Of a DNA stretch of 64,000 nt, positions 1 to 13,469 are shown piece by piece. The notes under the pieces are model-generated. The model was not told the DNA's origin. It saw nothing but the letters and a program-made list of their open reading frames with translations, and ran no database searches. Positions within the stretch are counted from its first letter, which is position 1, and each line of letters starts with the position of its first letter. The stretch lies in assembly GCF_009914755.1 (NCBI RefSeq), contig NC_060930.1; one strand, written 5' to 3'. The stretch is from the human T2T-CHM13v2.0 reference genome, Homo sapiens. Made by a program: the position numbers and the translations under genes.

Positions 1-248
1 TTTGGTTTTCTGTTCTTGTTAGCTAAGGGTAATGGCCTCCATCTCCATTACCCTTCAAAAGACATGATCTCATGCTTTATATGGCTGCATAGTATTCCAT
101 GGTGTACATGGTGTATATGTAGCACATTTTCTTGATCCAGTCTATCATTGATGTGCATTTAGGTTGAGTTCACATCTTTGCTATTGTGAATAGTGCTGCA
201 ATGAGCATATGGGTGCGTGTGTCTTCATAACAGAATGATTTATATACA
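1..248 (-). mobile_element. L1 (L1PA/L1PB-type) 3' region fragment, cut by window edge
   Basis: Antisense L1 3' motifs: atggctgcatagtattccatggtgta, ctattgtgaatagtgctgcaatga. Confidence 0.9.
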
Positions 249-612
249 TTACTGGATCAAGGCTTTCTATACCTGAAGAGAGGTGGCTGTTTAATTTCAT
301 AGATGCATAAACTGAGAGGTATAAAGGATGATATAGTTGCTTAGTCATAGCCATCAAATGTCAGAATTGAAACAGAACCTGAACTGTGGTCTAAATCTTC
401 TGTCCAACCATCTTAAATAGTTGGAATTTGGCTGTTTAATAAACTCTCTCACCCAAAACACAACTAGGAACAAAAGCATGAGCAAAAGGAGCCTTTAACC
501 CTAAAAAGTATGTCATAAAGTCCATGAAATTCACTTTATTTGGAAAAAATCCTCTTCGGATTGTCGATCAGAGTCTGTTTACTCTTATGCTACACACAAC
601 TATAACAGTGGC

Positions 613-920
613 TTTCTTTCTTTCTTTCTTTTTGAGATGGAGTCTTGCTCTGTCACTCAGGCTGGAGTGCAGTAGCGCAGTCTCGGCTCATTGCAACCTC
701 TGCTTTCCGGTTTCAAGCTATTCTCCTGCCTCAGCCTCCTGAGTAGCTGGTGTACACCACCACGCGGGGTGAATTTTTTTTTTTTTTTTTTGTATTTTTA
801 GTAGGGACGGGGTTTCACCATGTTGGCCAGACAGGTCTTGAACTCCTGACCTCAGGCAATCTGCCTTCCTCAGCCTCCCAAAATGCTGGGATTACAGGTG
901 TGAGCCACCATGCCCAGCCC
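613..920 (-). mobile_element. AluS, full length
   Basis: T-rich tail, gagatggagtcttgctctg...gctgggattacaggtgtgagccacc. Confidence 0.97.
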
Positions 921-1669
921 TGGCTAGTGGTTTCTAAGTCCACAGTGTATTAGAAAAGTACTTCAAAGGGGGAAAAATAGACATAATTATAAGAGAATGT
1001 GAAGTGATATTTGATAATTTGACAGGAGGGAGAAGAGAGAAAACTTTTAAAAATAAAATTCAGGGATTAAAAAATACAACATTTGGAGCCTTTCTTAAAA
1101 ATGAAAATAGCTCTCTCTATCTAACTGGAATGGAGGGGCATCACTATAATTGTGGTTCATGTAACATACACACATAAATCTATAAGGCAGTATCTATAGA
1201 CAGTATAACTTATCTAATTGCTGGCTTCAGATACCAGAATTTTGTTACATATGTTAGTGTCCCTCGCATCTCTCCCCTAGTACAAGGATTAACCATAGCA
1301 ATATTTAGAAAAGCGTCTTAATTTGGAGGTTCATAAAGCAAGAAAAGAATTTATTGAGAATGATTGAGCCTGCACACTACAGAAATAACTTTCCTCAGTT
1401 TATGAAATAGCTAACTTAATCATAAAAGATACACCACAAAACACAGCTTTTCACCAACATGCTTCCAATGTTAACTTTGAGCCCCTCCACACCAGAATTA
1501 GCAAAGCCCTCTGCTATCTGTGACCTGGGGCCCATCACCATGCTTGGATGGCCACTGTTTAGAGTCTGCATTGGCCACTGACACATCTTCTTTAGGATGG
1601 GGCCCCTTTTTGAATGTAAACTAAGGGGCACACTTGCCTCAGAATGTTTGACTTTATGTTGTGAGGCTG

Positions 1670-2200
1670 AACATCCTCACACACTGTGGCCCAGCTGTTC
1701 TACTCCTAAGTATATCCCCAATGGAAACTCTGTCACATGCCTCATAGGACATGTGCATAAGAATATTATACTGCTCATAGCAAAACAAAAACACAAAACA
1801 GTCCAAATCCCCTGCCAATGGGATACTGGGTGAACAAACTGATAATGCTTAGACACAGGAAGATGACCGTCTAAATGAATGATTAATTTTAGCCATATAA
1901 TATTAAGTTAAAAACATTAAGTCCCCAAAGAATACCTATGGTATGTTACTCTTTTTTAAAGTTAAGAACAAGTGAAATAAAAATATGAATTTTGGAATGT
2001 GTATAGATGTAATAAGACAATTTTAAAAAGGAAAGCAAGGGAATGATCAACCCTGTATTCAGGATGAGGTTATTTGGTGGGGAGTGGGAGTTGAGATGAG
2101 GAGGAGCCATACGGATATAGGTAGGTTATTTCCAAAGCTCTAGACTTTTAAGGGTAGCGATAGTCTCATAGGCACTTATTAAATTATTTAAAATATTAAA
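1670..2200 (+). mobile_element. Old L1M (L1ME-like) 3' fragment
   Basis: ccagctgttctactcctaagtatatccc...; degenerate L1 ORF2 end/3'UTR; boundaries approximate. Confidence 0.5.
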
Positions 2201-4318
2201 TTAAATAGATAACTAGGTAAATAAAAGCAGGACATACATATATCACTGATGAGAGTGTGTCAGCAAACAGGATTACAATTAATATAATTATTTGTATCAG
2301 AAGGCCAATGGAAGGTCCAGGAAGAAACTTAGGTAAATTAGCAGCTGAGGTTTCCAAGAGTCAATTTGTGGGAGATCTGTTCTCTAAATTACCTCGCCTC
2401 TGCACCACTGAAGGAGGACAGAGAGGGAGGTTTGCAATGGTGCCTTGGTGAAGTGGGAAGGAAAGGGCATGGTATTATAAAGTGGTAAATTCACAGCCAT
2501 CCCCAAATCTTAGCTCACCAGTAGGTTGCCTTGCTAAGTGCAGAGGCTAACTCCATTTCCCCTATTGCACATCAGAAGCTCACCAGAATCCATGCTGTGT
2601 GCGATTGTGACCCTGGAACCCAGCCCATTTCAATGTATTTTGCATGTCCTCCTCTGAAGCATGCTGGAGATAAAGAATGATGAACGAGCAAGAGTAAGTT
2701 TAATTAGCACATGACTTGCAATATTTCCCCACTCTGAGGACTAACCATGCTTTTTCTGGTTTTGGACGGAATCTTAAATCCAAGTTTTTAAAAGGGTCTT
2801 ACTTTCTTAATATAGTTTTAGATTAGATTTTAGAATCAGCACATTATGCACGAATCTAAGAAATAGACATTTTGCACAATCCAAGGTGGAGGTTAGTCAT
2901 CATTTTGCCTCTCTCTACAGTTTGTGAGAGAGAAATTATAGCAACCAGAACAGCACTCTAGTCCTCTAGAGAGCAATGTTTCTGCTAAAATAAAAAGGGA
3001 ATGGACTACAGGATAAAGATAATTATGAACATACAACAAAGATGCAAACCTTGGCTCCATCTCCTCCTGCTTCCCACCCTGTGCTGTTCTATTCCTTGGA
3101 GAAACAGCTAAAGCAAGGCCCTGCCACTTAGCAAGACTCAGCCTGTGGCTCGGCAGCTGTGTTTCTTATACAGCATATTTGCCTTACAGTATTTGTACTA
3201 AAGCTGTATCTTTTCCCTTCTCCACCCAAATGAAATCATTTCCTTTTACCATCCTGCAGCTTAATTCTTATGGAAGAGAGGAGTTACATTTGTAAGGGAG
3301 ACAGGGTGGGATGGGCAGGGAAGGAACAGCCAGCTTATAAACATGCCAGGGCTTAATATGGGAGCCAGGGAGAAAGCTCACACTTGCAGAAAGACGACAG
3401 TGCTTAAGGCCTGCAGCCGCTGTGTTTGTGAGGGATCACTTTTCCCATCTTCACCAAGCCAGACCCTGAAAATGTACCACACCATCCTCTGAAAAGAATT
3501 CTTGTTAATTAGCTATGTTTTATTTTTGGAGCTTGACAATATCAAAATCTTTTTGGGAGTTAAGCAATTTTCAGTCATGTTAAAGCACAGGATGGAGAAA
3601 GTACTCCCTAATTCTCATAAACTTGCAAGAATGGAAAATGGCAAACTTTGCCTTTTATCTACAGCATATGAAATTTGAAAAATAGCATAAATAAAGACTG
3701 TATCCAAGCCCCTTCTGTGCCCTAAAAATGGCATTGCAATGTAGAGAATGAATATATGCATTCACATGTATTGTCAGCTGTCTTGATAAAATGATGTTTT
3801 CATAATATAGTGTTATTTCTTTAAACCACATTCAATATTCTTGGCTGCCAGATGACAAGATGGAGAAAACAAAATACGTTTTGGGCAGAGGACAAAGACT
3901 TAAGGACTGAGTGGGTCATGGGAGGGAGTCAAATGATAGTTTGAAATTTGCTGCTCTTCTTGCCTGTTCTATTTAATTTTTGAGATGAGTGGGGAAGAGA
4001 CACATAACACAGGAGATTTGGGGAAGATCAGTTGTCTCAATGTTGGCAATGATTTGTAGGGCATTTTGCATTTATTCTAACAACAAAATCCAAGGGCCAA
4101 AGTTGGGTGAGTCTGGACAGATAGCAAGAGAAAAAGACTCTGCTACTTCTAAGCAGCCTTCAAGGAGGTGCCCTGGTGACTGATGTTATAAGGGCTGGCC
4201 TCTCCAGAATTTACTTTCAAATAGGGCAGTCATGAATGGAATGAGTTATTGGCTTAAGATATTTAATAAGGATGTGGTAGAATCTGAGCATTGTATTCCA
4301 AGTCTGACCTCTCCTAGT

Positions 4319-4360
4319 ACACACACACATATATACACACACACACATGCATGCACACAC
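4319..4360. repeat. (CA)n/(TA)n microsatellite
   Basis: acacacacacatatatacacacacacacatgcatgcacacac. Confidence 0.9.
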
Positions 4361-4852
4361 ACCCTTTAGTTTTAATTCTGTTTAAGAGAGAGTTTTATTT
4401 TTTATCCTTAAATACCATACTTCATGCCAAATTATTTTCAGTTTTGTTACATACAATGGCAAAAGTGAGTAGCTTGAGAAGCTGGCCGGTGGAGGAGCCT
4501 TTTGAAGATTCCCTTTTATTAAAGAGTTTAGAGGCTTCGAAGGACTTGAAAATTGTTGACAGTGAAAAAAAAAGTTAATTGAGACTATAAATTCTTAACC
4601 CTGTTTATTATATGTTCAAGGAAGATTGTTCCTTTGGCCTCATTTTCATCCATGTCAACACATTTTGGATTGTAAGTCATTTGGGAGTAGGAGCAGTGAC
4701 TATGTGCCCTAGATTTTCTAAGATATCCCTGAGTTCCCATGTTCTGCTCTGTGGTCCTTGAAATGCCCTCAAATTGATGTGAAGATTTTTCCCCCATAGC
4801 TACTCTGTTTACACAGTCTCATATTCAGAAAGGGTCTTAAAGCTTTGCAGTG

Positions 4853-5157
4853 GGCCAGGCGCGGTGGCTCACACCTGTAATCCCAGCACTTTGGGAGGCC
4901 AAGGTGGGCGGATCACGAGGTCAGGAGTTCGAGACCAGCCTGGCCAATATGGTGAAACCCCGTCTCTACTAAAAATACAAAAATTAGCCGGGTGTGGTGG
5001 TGCACACCTGTAATTCCAGCTACTCAGGAGGTTGAGGCAGCAGAATCGCTTGAACAAGAAGGCGGAGGTTGCAGTGAGCCAAGATCATACCTCTGTACTC
5101 CAGCCTGGGCAACAAGAGTGAAACTCCATCTCAGAAAACAAACAAACAAACCAAAAA
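4853..5157 (+). mobile_element. AluS (Sg/Sq-like), full length
   Basis: ggccaggcgcggtggctcac...; (AAAC)n tail; TSD aaa(g/c)ctttgcagtg on both sides. Confidence 0.97.
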
Positions 5158-6299
5158 CCTTTGCAGTGATGTAGTGGTGTAGGGAGCTTAAACAGCATGT
5201 CCTAATTCATAGCTGGTTAGTGGGGACACCCAGGTTAGGGTCTCCTGTTGCAGTGCTGAACTTACAAGTGGACACTTCAGTTTTGTTGCTATCAGTGATC
5301 CAGAGGAAGGAGAAAAGTCCCACAAAAGCACCAGAGTTAATTTTATTTGTAAAAAATTGTGAGCCTAAGCAGTTTTTCTTGATAAAGTAAAATTTACTCC
5401 AGTGTTGGCAGGGATTGTACAAATGTCTTATTTTCAGGAAATGATCTTCAGCTCATAAATTTTGCCAAAACATAAATATAATTAAAATATATCCCTAAGT
5501 GAACTTAAAATCATTCTGGAACAACAAAGTTCCCCAGTGAGATGAGATGTGCCTTTTCTCCTTTTCTTTTTTTCAGTTAATCATTGAGAATTAAATTTTG
5601 CTTATTTTCTTTCCCTCTTTAGTTTTCTTGATAACTTCTTCTGCAGTTCAGTGGAAGAATCATCTTTTTTTTTTTTTTTCATTCCAATGGAATACTACAA
5701 TGATTTAAGAACTTTACTTGCTTCAATTTGGATCTTATGCCTTAATCCACCCCCGGCCTCTCCTCCCCATACACACACACACTGGGAATGCGGCTCTCTG
5801 AGTCGCTGACTCAAGCAGCAGAACGACATCTGCTGTGGATGTTCAGCAGCACAGCTGACATGTATTTGAAAAGTGAAGTGTTGGAGTCATTTAGGGAGCA
5901 GAGCAATTTCCTCTGTCAGAGATGAACACTTGGATTAACAGAGAGTACTTCATTCCCATACAAGTTGATTCTGAAAGTGCCTGAAGCAAATCTCTTGACC
6001 CTGAAGTTGAGGCTAACCACTCCTGGGCAGGGTCAGAAGTTTAAAAAAATGCTGTTTTAGAGTTTAATGGGGTGAGGGCTATTTCCAGCTGAGTCTTCAA
6101 AAGTGCTTCAGACTGCAATTAGCATTTACTGTTTGCTTAAAAAAATGACTTCACTCATTCACAGCCATTGATTCTTATTTATGAATATTACTTTTTAAAG
6201 AGACATTAAAGTAATATAATTAAAATACTTAATGTTTATCTTTAGTCTTTTCCCTTCCTGCTCTAGCAATACCAAAGTTCTTAAAATTTTCTGAATAAG

Positions 6300-6620
6300 C
6301 TATGTCATTTTGTTGTTAACCTTTAAACATGCTGTTTTTTGTTTTAGGAAAACTATATTTTCCCCTGCTTCTCTTTGCCTGGCTAATTCCTACTCGTCTT
6401 TTAGGTCTTGAGCTTCCAGCTGGGTGGTGTGTTGCTCCTGTGAGCTCCCTGGACCCCACCCCTTTCCTTACCCGCTACCCACCTTGTCACATTTTTTCTT
6501 GTCTACCAGGACCTTCCACCACTGCACCATAGCTATCCACTTGGCACACATTAAGTACTCAACAGATATTTGTTGGATGGATGGATACATGAAGAAAGGA
6601 GGAATAGAGGAATGAACAAA
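6300..6620 (+). mobile_element. L2 3' end fragment
   Basis: cctggctaattcctactc...; L2 tail aagtactcaacagatatttgttggatggatgga. Confidence 0.55.
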
Positions 6621-6929
6621 TGGGTAAATCACTTTCCAATTAGTGGAGGTAGAGTTGCTTTCAAATGTTATTGTGCTTCACAATCACTTGGGGTACTTTG
6701 ATAAAAATGTGTATTCTCAGGTTCTAACTGCAAGGATTTTTCATGACATATAGGGGTATATGTGGCAAGCCTCAAATAATTCATGACTACAGAACATAAT
6801 ATGTGAGACAGAAAGCGGGGAAGAGCCTGCCAATGAGCCTGGGTTAGATCTGCAGTACAGATGATGGGGAGCCAGCAAAGGATTTCAAGGATGGTCACAT
6901 TTCTGGTATCTGTGTAGAAATTAGATTCA

Positions 6930-7111
6930 GCATTGATCTTCAACCTTGGCTGCATGCTGGAATTACCTGAAGAACTTTAACAAGTAAGTAATGATGCCTG
7001 GGTCCACCTCAAGAGGTTTGTATTTAATTGGTCTGAGGTGTGGCCTGGGCTCTGGAATGGTGTTAGAGCTTCTCAGGTGATTCTAATAGAACACCAAGAT
7101 TGAGAACTACT
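6930..7111. mobile_element. MER5-family hAT-Charlie MITE
   Basis: tcttcaaccttggctgcatgctggaattacctg...caggtgattctaat...ttgagaactact. Confidence 0.75.
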
Positions 7112-7189
7112 AGAAGAGAGGAGAAAATTCATCCATACAATTTGGCAATCAATCAACTCTCCTCTGACATCTTTTAAGTATTGTGTATT

Positions 7190-8615
7190 GGCAAAAAGCA
7201 GTTAAAAACCACAATGCGATATTACTGCATACCTACCAGAATGGCTAAAATAAACAATGGTGATAACATTAAATGCTGGAGAGAATGTGGAAAAACTAGT
7301 TTTCCGATATGTATGGCGTACGTATGGTGGGAATGAATGGCAATTTCTTAAAAGCTAACCATGCAACTATTATGTGACCCAGAGTAGGGTAAATGCATCT
7401 GATCACAATAACTTAGGCATACTCTGATAATGACCCTGTGTGGCAGAGACACCTGAATGTATGTTCCTAGCTAGGGAAGCTGGGAGCAGACAACCTGAAG
7501 ATTAATTCTTTTTCTATGTGGAACGTCTGGGTCTCCGGCTCATCCCATGGAACACCAGCCACACAGGATATTGAAGCTCCAGGTTTTGGGTTGAATGAAG
7601 GTTGCCAGGTGGAAGTTTTAGAGAAAGGGTGCTAAGTGAAAATGCTGTAATAAACTGGATGCTTTTTGCAAGCTGTTGCAGTTTTCTTGCCCAGCCCACC
7701 TCCACTGGGCTGTGTAGTTCTCCCGTCTAGCCTGCTGCCACGGGACTCTCTCCCCTAAATATAAGCCCTAAATAAAACCCCATGTCTCATTTGCTGTCTG
7801 AGTCTCTTCTTCAGCCTCTTGAACCTGGTGCCATCTCTATTGAGGTTAATAGGTGTTCAGCCTGACACCCAGCATTTGCACTCCTGGCATTTATCCCGGA
7901 GAAATGAAAATGTAGGTTGGCAAAAAAATAGTACATGAATGCTCATAGCAGCTAAACTGTAATAACCAAAAATTGGAAATAACACAAATGTCCTTTAATG
8001 GGTAAATGGTTAAACAAACTGGTGTGTCTATATCATGGAATACTCTTCAGCAATAAGATGAACAAATGATTGGCACATGCAACAACTTGGAGGGATTTCA
8101 TGGGCATTATGCTTAGTGAAAAAACCAATCTCAAAAGTTTGCATACTATATGATTCTATTTATATAACATTCTTGAAATGACAAAATGATAGAAATAGAG
8201 AACAGATTAGTGGTTACCAGGAGACAGTGAAGAAGGTGGTGTGAGTACAAAGGGGTAGGCCCTGCTCATTGCTTTATGGCAATAGAACCATTCTGTATCC
8301 TGATTGTGATGGTGGTTACAGGAATCCATACAGGGGATTCAATTTTGCAAAAGACTATACTTACTCACACTTACTTGTTCATACCCCCACACATAATGCC
8401 CCCTCTCCCCAACTGAGTGGCAGGTAAAAACTGCTGAAAACTGAATGAAGCCTGTAGTCTAGTTAGCATTATTGTGCAAATGTCAACTTCCTGGTTTTGA
8501 TATTGTACTACAGTAATGGAAAATGGTAGCTTGGAAGCTTGGGTAAGAGTTCACTGGACTCTGTGAACTCTTTTTCTGACTTCCTATGTGTCTACAGTTA
8601 TTTTAAAATAAAAAA
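7190..8615 (+). mobile_element. L1M (L1MB/MC/MD-type) ORF2 end + 3'UTR, interrupted by an LTR
   Basis: aaccacaatgcgatattactgcatacctaccagaatggctaaaat; atggaatactcttcagcaataag; continues across the LTR at gacccag|cattt. Confidence 0.8.
7383..7867 (+). mobile_element. Solo ERVL-class LTR (LTR47-like)
   Basis: aataacttaggcatactctgataatgaccctgtgtggcagagacacctgaatg; AATAAA; ends ...gaca; perfect 5-bp TSD CCCAG (7378-7382 / 7868-7872). Confidence 0.8.
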
Positions 8616-9173
8616 ATGATAGTTGCATGTTTTTATTTACTGGCTGTATTTTAAAAAATGTCACGCATATATACATACTTTAATTCCATGGCTAGACTGT
8701 AGATTTTAGTATAGTGGCAACGTCTCATTGTGCTCATTCAAGTAAATTTAGCTCAATTCAGTTAAACTCAGTTCATCTCAATAAATATTTGAGGGCCTAC
8801 TAGACACAAAAGGAATGATGTTAGTCCTCTTACCCTTAATCTTATATTGTCCATCCAGACTATGTACACTGATAGGTACACAATAAGACCTCAAAAAATG
8901 GCATCTAGTGATTGGACAATTGCCTTATTAATTTTTATGGTGCTGTGTGATACATCCCTTATTCGTATAAAGGCTGCATTTCTTTTACTTTGTTTTCTTT
9001 CTCTGAAAAGACCAAAATTTATGTAAGGAAAATACATTTTCCAAATTAATTTCTTATACCTCATTACCAGGATTGATGAAAACATTAATATACTCCACAA
9101 ATTTATTTCAGGTTTTAAGCTGTAAGCATGTTTTAGTATATTATTTTACATCAAAAGACATGTGGTGCCTTGA

Positions 9174-9379
<206 letters not shown>

Positions 9380-10029
9380 TAACAATCACCAAGCTTAAAT
9401 TTGTGGGGAGGAGTGCAGTTTCCTTAATGTTTTCTACTTGGTTCAACATTCCCAGACAGCAATTACAAGGCAAATATCATTTCAGTAAATGAGAAATTCT
9501 TGTTTTCATGTACTGATTGGCTTTATGACACACTAAGGTTAATTGGGAAGCTTCTCAGGCTTATCTGAGTGATAACAAACAGCTGCAATAGATTGCACTC
9601 CCTTATCCCCCACATCATTTTGACAGAGCAACACCAAAACAAAACCTCATGAAATGTGTCATTAAACCGCACCGCAAACCTGGTTGCAATTGTGTCTGAG
9701 ATAGCATCACAGGAAGCCAGAAGGAAACCAATAGCCTGAGAGAAAATGTTTAAATTAGCAAGGGTAGCCAGCCACCCTAGACCACAGCAGCTATAGGATT
9801 TGGTTACTGGAGTTCCAATATATGGCAATCTAGATAGTTCTTTATCTCACATGAATACATAGTGCTACTCCAAGCAAAAATATACTTGTCTAATGCAAAT
9901 GCCCTAAATGCCAGATTTTTATATCTCTAATATAAGAATCACATTGCTGATTTCACTAGTAAAGTAAAAATGGATATCTTTGACTGCTTTGAAGAGCTTA
10001 TAAAGGGCTTTACTTGCCATAATTTTTAA

Positions 10030-10260
10030 GTAACAACAGCTAATCTGTTTGAGCACTTATTAGAGCCCAAGCACTGGACTGTTTCTCATGTATCATCTCA
10101 GTTAATCCTCCCTGTAATCCTAGGATAGAATTATTATGCATGCATTACAAATGATGCCTAGCACACATACGAATCTTGTTCAAGGTCACAGAGTCAGTAG
10201 GTGTTAGAGCCTGGACTTGAGTCCAGGTACATCTTTTCCCAAAGACTCACTCTTATACTA
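10030..10260 (-). mobile_element. MIR
   Basis: gagcacttatt...ctcagttaatcctc...caaggtcacagagtcagtag...ggacttgagtccagg. Confidence 0.7.
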
Positions 10261-10754
10261 ATGAGTAGGTTAACAGAGAATGTTTTACAGGGAACTCATT
10301 GAGAGAAAGTTGCCTGGTAGAGTAGTTTTTAGGTCAGCAGATGTTTTTCCAGTTCAGTTGCCAGTTGGCCAGGTCACCAAGTGGATAACCAGTAGTCTCT
10401 CTGGTTATCTATGTGCATATTTGGGATGAGATTTCTTCCACTGTGTGGTATGATGCTGCTGCAGTGTTTTTAGGGAGTGTGTGGGTCAAAGCAACTTGCT
10501 CAATGATGGAAAAAAAGAGTTAGCCTGTAATGCTTTAGTTGGAAGATGGATATGTGCCATTGGTGTCCCTTTACTGGCTTCTGCTCATCCAGAGGCTCCT
10601 CTTTCTTGCTCCTACCTCTTTGTCCTCTTCCACACAGTCTGGTCCAATCATGCTCTTCATTTGGGCCTTGAAGGGGCATATCAACTAGTTGTTCATCCTG
10701 CTGTTTGTTTTTCAAATAGCCCCATTTGTGTCTCTTACCTTTCTGGTGTACAAA

Positions 10755-11010
10755 GCAGGGAAGTGGAGCAATAGCTTAGGACTGCCGATTTGGAGTCAGA
10801 CAGACTTAGGTTCAAATCCCAGTATAGGCACTTGCTGACACTTACACATGAATTTTGGTCAAGCCATTTAATTTCCCTGAGCCTCCGTTTCCTCATCTGT
10901 AAAATTAAACAATGACACAATCTTATTGGGTTGTTGTGAGACTTAAATGAGATAATTTATGTAAAGCTGAATTCTTGGTATTGGAAGGGCTCAAATGTTA
11001 GTTATAATAT
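10755..11010 (+). mobile_element. MIR, near full length
   Basis: ttggagtcagacagacttaggttcaaatccc...ctgagcctccgtttcctcatctgtaaaat core. Confidence 0.9.
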
Positions 11011-11140
11011 GTTAGTTATAAATAATTGTCATCAATAGTTCAACCTCACTTATTTTTAATCCATTATTACCGTTCTTTCCATAATTTGGAATTTCTTTTT
11101 GCTTTGCTAATCTTTGAACTGCCTTAGCCTCAACATACTA

Positions 11141-11296
11141 CAGTCACCCTTCTGTATACATGGGGGATTGGTTCCAGGATACATTCCCCATCCCTCTTCT
11201 TGGCTAATACTGTACTTTTGTTAGTGTTTGGTTGGGAAAAATCCCAGTAGAAGTGAACTCTCATAGTTCAAACCCGTGTTGTTCAGTGGTCAACTG
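11141..11296 (+). mobile_element. MER8-like Tigger (Tc1/mariner) MITE, internally deleted
   Basis: Termini cagtcaccct / ggtcaactg, TA TSD on both sides, ggggattggttccagga and gttcaaacccgtgttgttca motifs. Confidence 0.8.
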
Positions 11297-11914
11297 TATT
11301 TAGTACCATGAAGGCTTTCAAAACTTACATTGATCTATATTCCAGTTGTCAAGCATGTAATAATCTTCACTTTCTTAATTTTTCTTTCCCTGATATGCTA
11401 TTTAGCACCTGTGTAAACCTATGCAGCTGTGCTCAGCTATGTATAAATGTTTGCTTATGTGCTTCTGTTATGTTTATTTATGTGATGCTGTGGAGAGCCA
11501 GTTGCTCTATTAAATTATAAGCTCCTCAGAGGCCAAGGACCACACTTTCTGTTTCTGCTCCAAGTCCGGATGTCCTTCCAAGGACGGATTTTAGGAAGGC
11601 TGAAACTCAAACATACAGAACAGCTTTAATAAGATGTTAATGACAAATTTTCAAACATTGTGTTCTTTTCTAGGGTATCATCTCTTAAAGTAATTTCAGT
11701 CATAGCTTATAGAATTGTTCAACTTGGGGGCCTTTAGTGGGTGACTTTTTACATTTAAAAATTAATAAGTCTACAATTTGAGAAACAAATGAATAATAAA
11801 GAATAAAAAGGATTTAGTAACTGTTACTCTCCAGAAAATTTCAGGCCATATTTCCTTTGATCGGCTAAGTGATTGATACATTAGATTAAGAAAAGATCAA
11901 GTCATGCATAATGG

Positions 11915-12285
11915 AAATAATAATAGCTACACTTTTAGAACACTTAGTAGATACTAGGTACCTTGCCAGGAGCTTGGTTTGTCTTATTCAATCTTCCTGC
12001 CACTATTGTGAGGTAGGTACCATGTTTCTTTCTGTTTTGCTTATAAGGAAACTGAAATTAAAAATGGTGTGACTCATGTCTGTAATCCCAGTACTTTGGG
12101 AGGCCCAAGGATCACTTGAGCCCAGGAGTTCCAGGCTGCAATGAACTATGATTATAGCACTGCACTCCAGCCTTGGTGGAAAAAGAAAAAAGAAAGGCTA
12201 CCCTTTGTCCAGGATGCAGCTGAAAAGTGATGGAGCCAGGCCCAGCACCCAAAACCCATGCTAATCACTAAACTTTGTTGCCTGC
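11915..12285 (-). mobile_element. MIR interrupted by an Alu monomer
   Basis: aataatagctac...gtgaggtaggtac...aaggaaactga | ...tggagccagg. Confidence 0.6.
12066..12196 (+). mobile_element. Alu monomer (FLAM/FRAM-type)
   Basis: tgtaatcccagtactttgggagg...ttgagcccaggagttccaggctgcaatgaactatgatt; A-rich tail. Confidence 0.85.
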
Positions 12286-13469
12286 CACAAAAGAGAAGGA
12301 GTTTCATAGATGCATTACAAAGATAATTATAATATTCTTTTTCTTCTTCTACAACACCATTCCCTCACCCCTCCACCCTAAGGAAAGGAAATTCTATTAG
12401 TATATAAAATTTGATTAATGTAGACAAATACACTGCAGAAGTTTTGGATAGTTTGCAAGAACAATTTAAAAAAAATTATCTCACTGGCTGTTTGCCTTCA
12501 TATGCTCCTCTTCTCCAAAGGCCCAGCTCTTGCTCACTGCCTAACAGTGGAGTCCTCAGGGAGTGTTGTCTCTGTCAGAGTGAAGCCATTAGGGACAATG
12601 TCTCATTGCCTTTCAAGAGGACAGACAGGAAATATATTTTGCTTCCCTCTCTCTTACCCAATCCTCTATCTTTTCCCTTCTCAGCTATATTCTTTTGGCA
12701 TAAATAAAGGCTAACTTCTCCCAGGAGTTCAGTAACTTGAGCCCTCCCCAAGCACTGTCTGAGAAAGCTGGCTCTAAACACACACACACACCACAGGCAG
12801 CTGCTTGGGGGCCCTGTTCTTTGGCAACATCACAACTCCCGCCTGCTTTTTCTGGATTTCAGGACCCAGCAATTACAAAGCCGGCCTCTGGGCCTGCACG
12901 TAGAGCATGCTTTAATAGTAAAAGCATCTAGTGGGTCTCTTCCAACTTCGAGCATTCTGGGAGTCTCTCAGCCTTGAGTCTTACAGGGTCCAAGAACCTC
13001 TCAGTGGAGTCAGGATTATGCTGTAGCCAATCTGTAGCAGAATTCTTACATTTGTTCTGTTTTACAGCAAGGGTACCAAGAGAGCTTCCAAGTCACTGCA
13101 ACATGCTGTGCATATAATGTGAAGGAGGAGCGCAGAGGTGGCTGTACCAGGGGGCTGATGATGCCTGGGCTTCGGGCTGCATAAGTGCCTGGATTCTGGC
13201 AGGCAGCGGCCCTGTTGCATTCATAATTCATCATTCTGTCTTCAGTTTCTTAAACATGGCCTCCCCAGTTGTATAATCTTTAAGCCACTTCGAACATTAA
13301 CCTGCCCCTGGTTGAGTGTCTTTTTGAGCAGTAGTTCAATCTACGCCATGTTTGACTAACATGTTCCTATTGCAAGACATTGAAGCCATTGAAGATTAAA
13401 TATAAGAAAGCTAGTGCAAATAATATGGAAAGTTAGTTTTTTTGTCTTTTCATGTATGATCATTTTTCT

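Noticed and set aside
524-953. Alu-derived ORFs here and at about 4869, 13737, 16562, 19041, 40170, 41227, 62903 and 63350
   Set aside because: Standard Alu translations (e.g. [23 protein letters not shown]), not genes.
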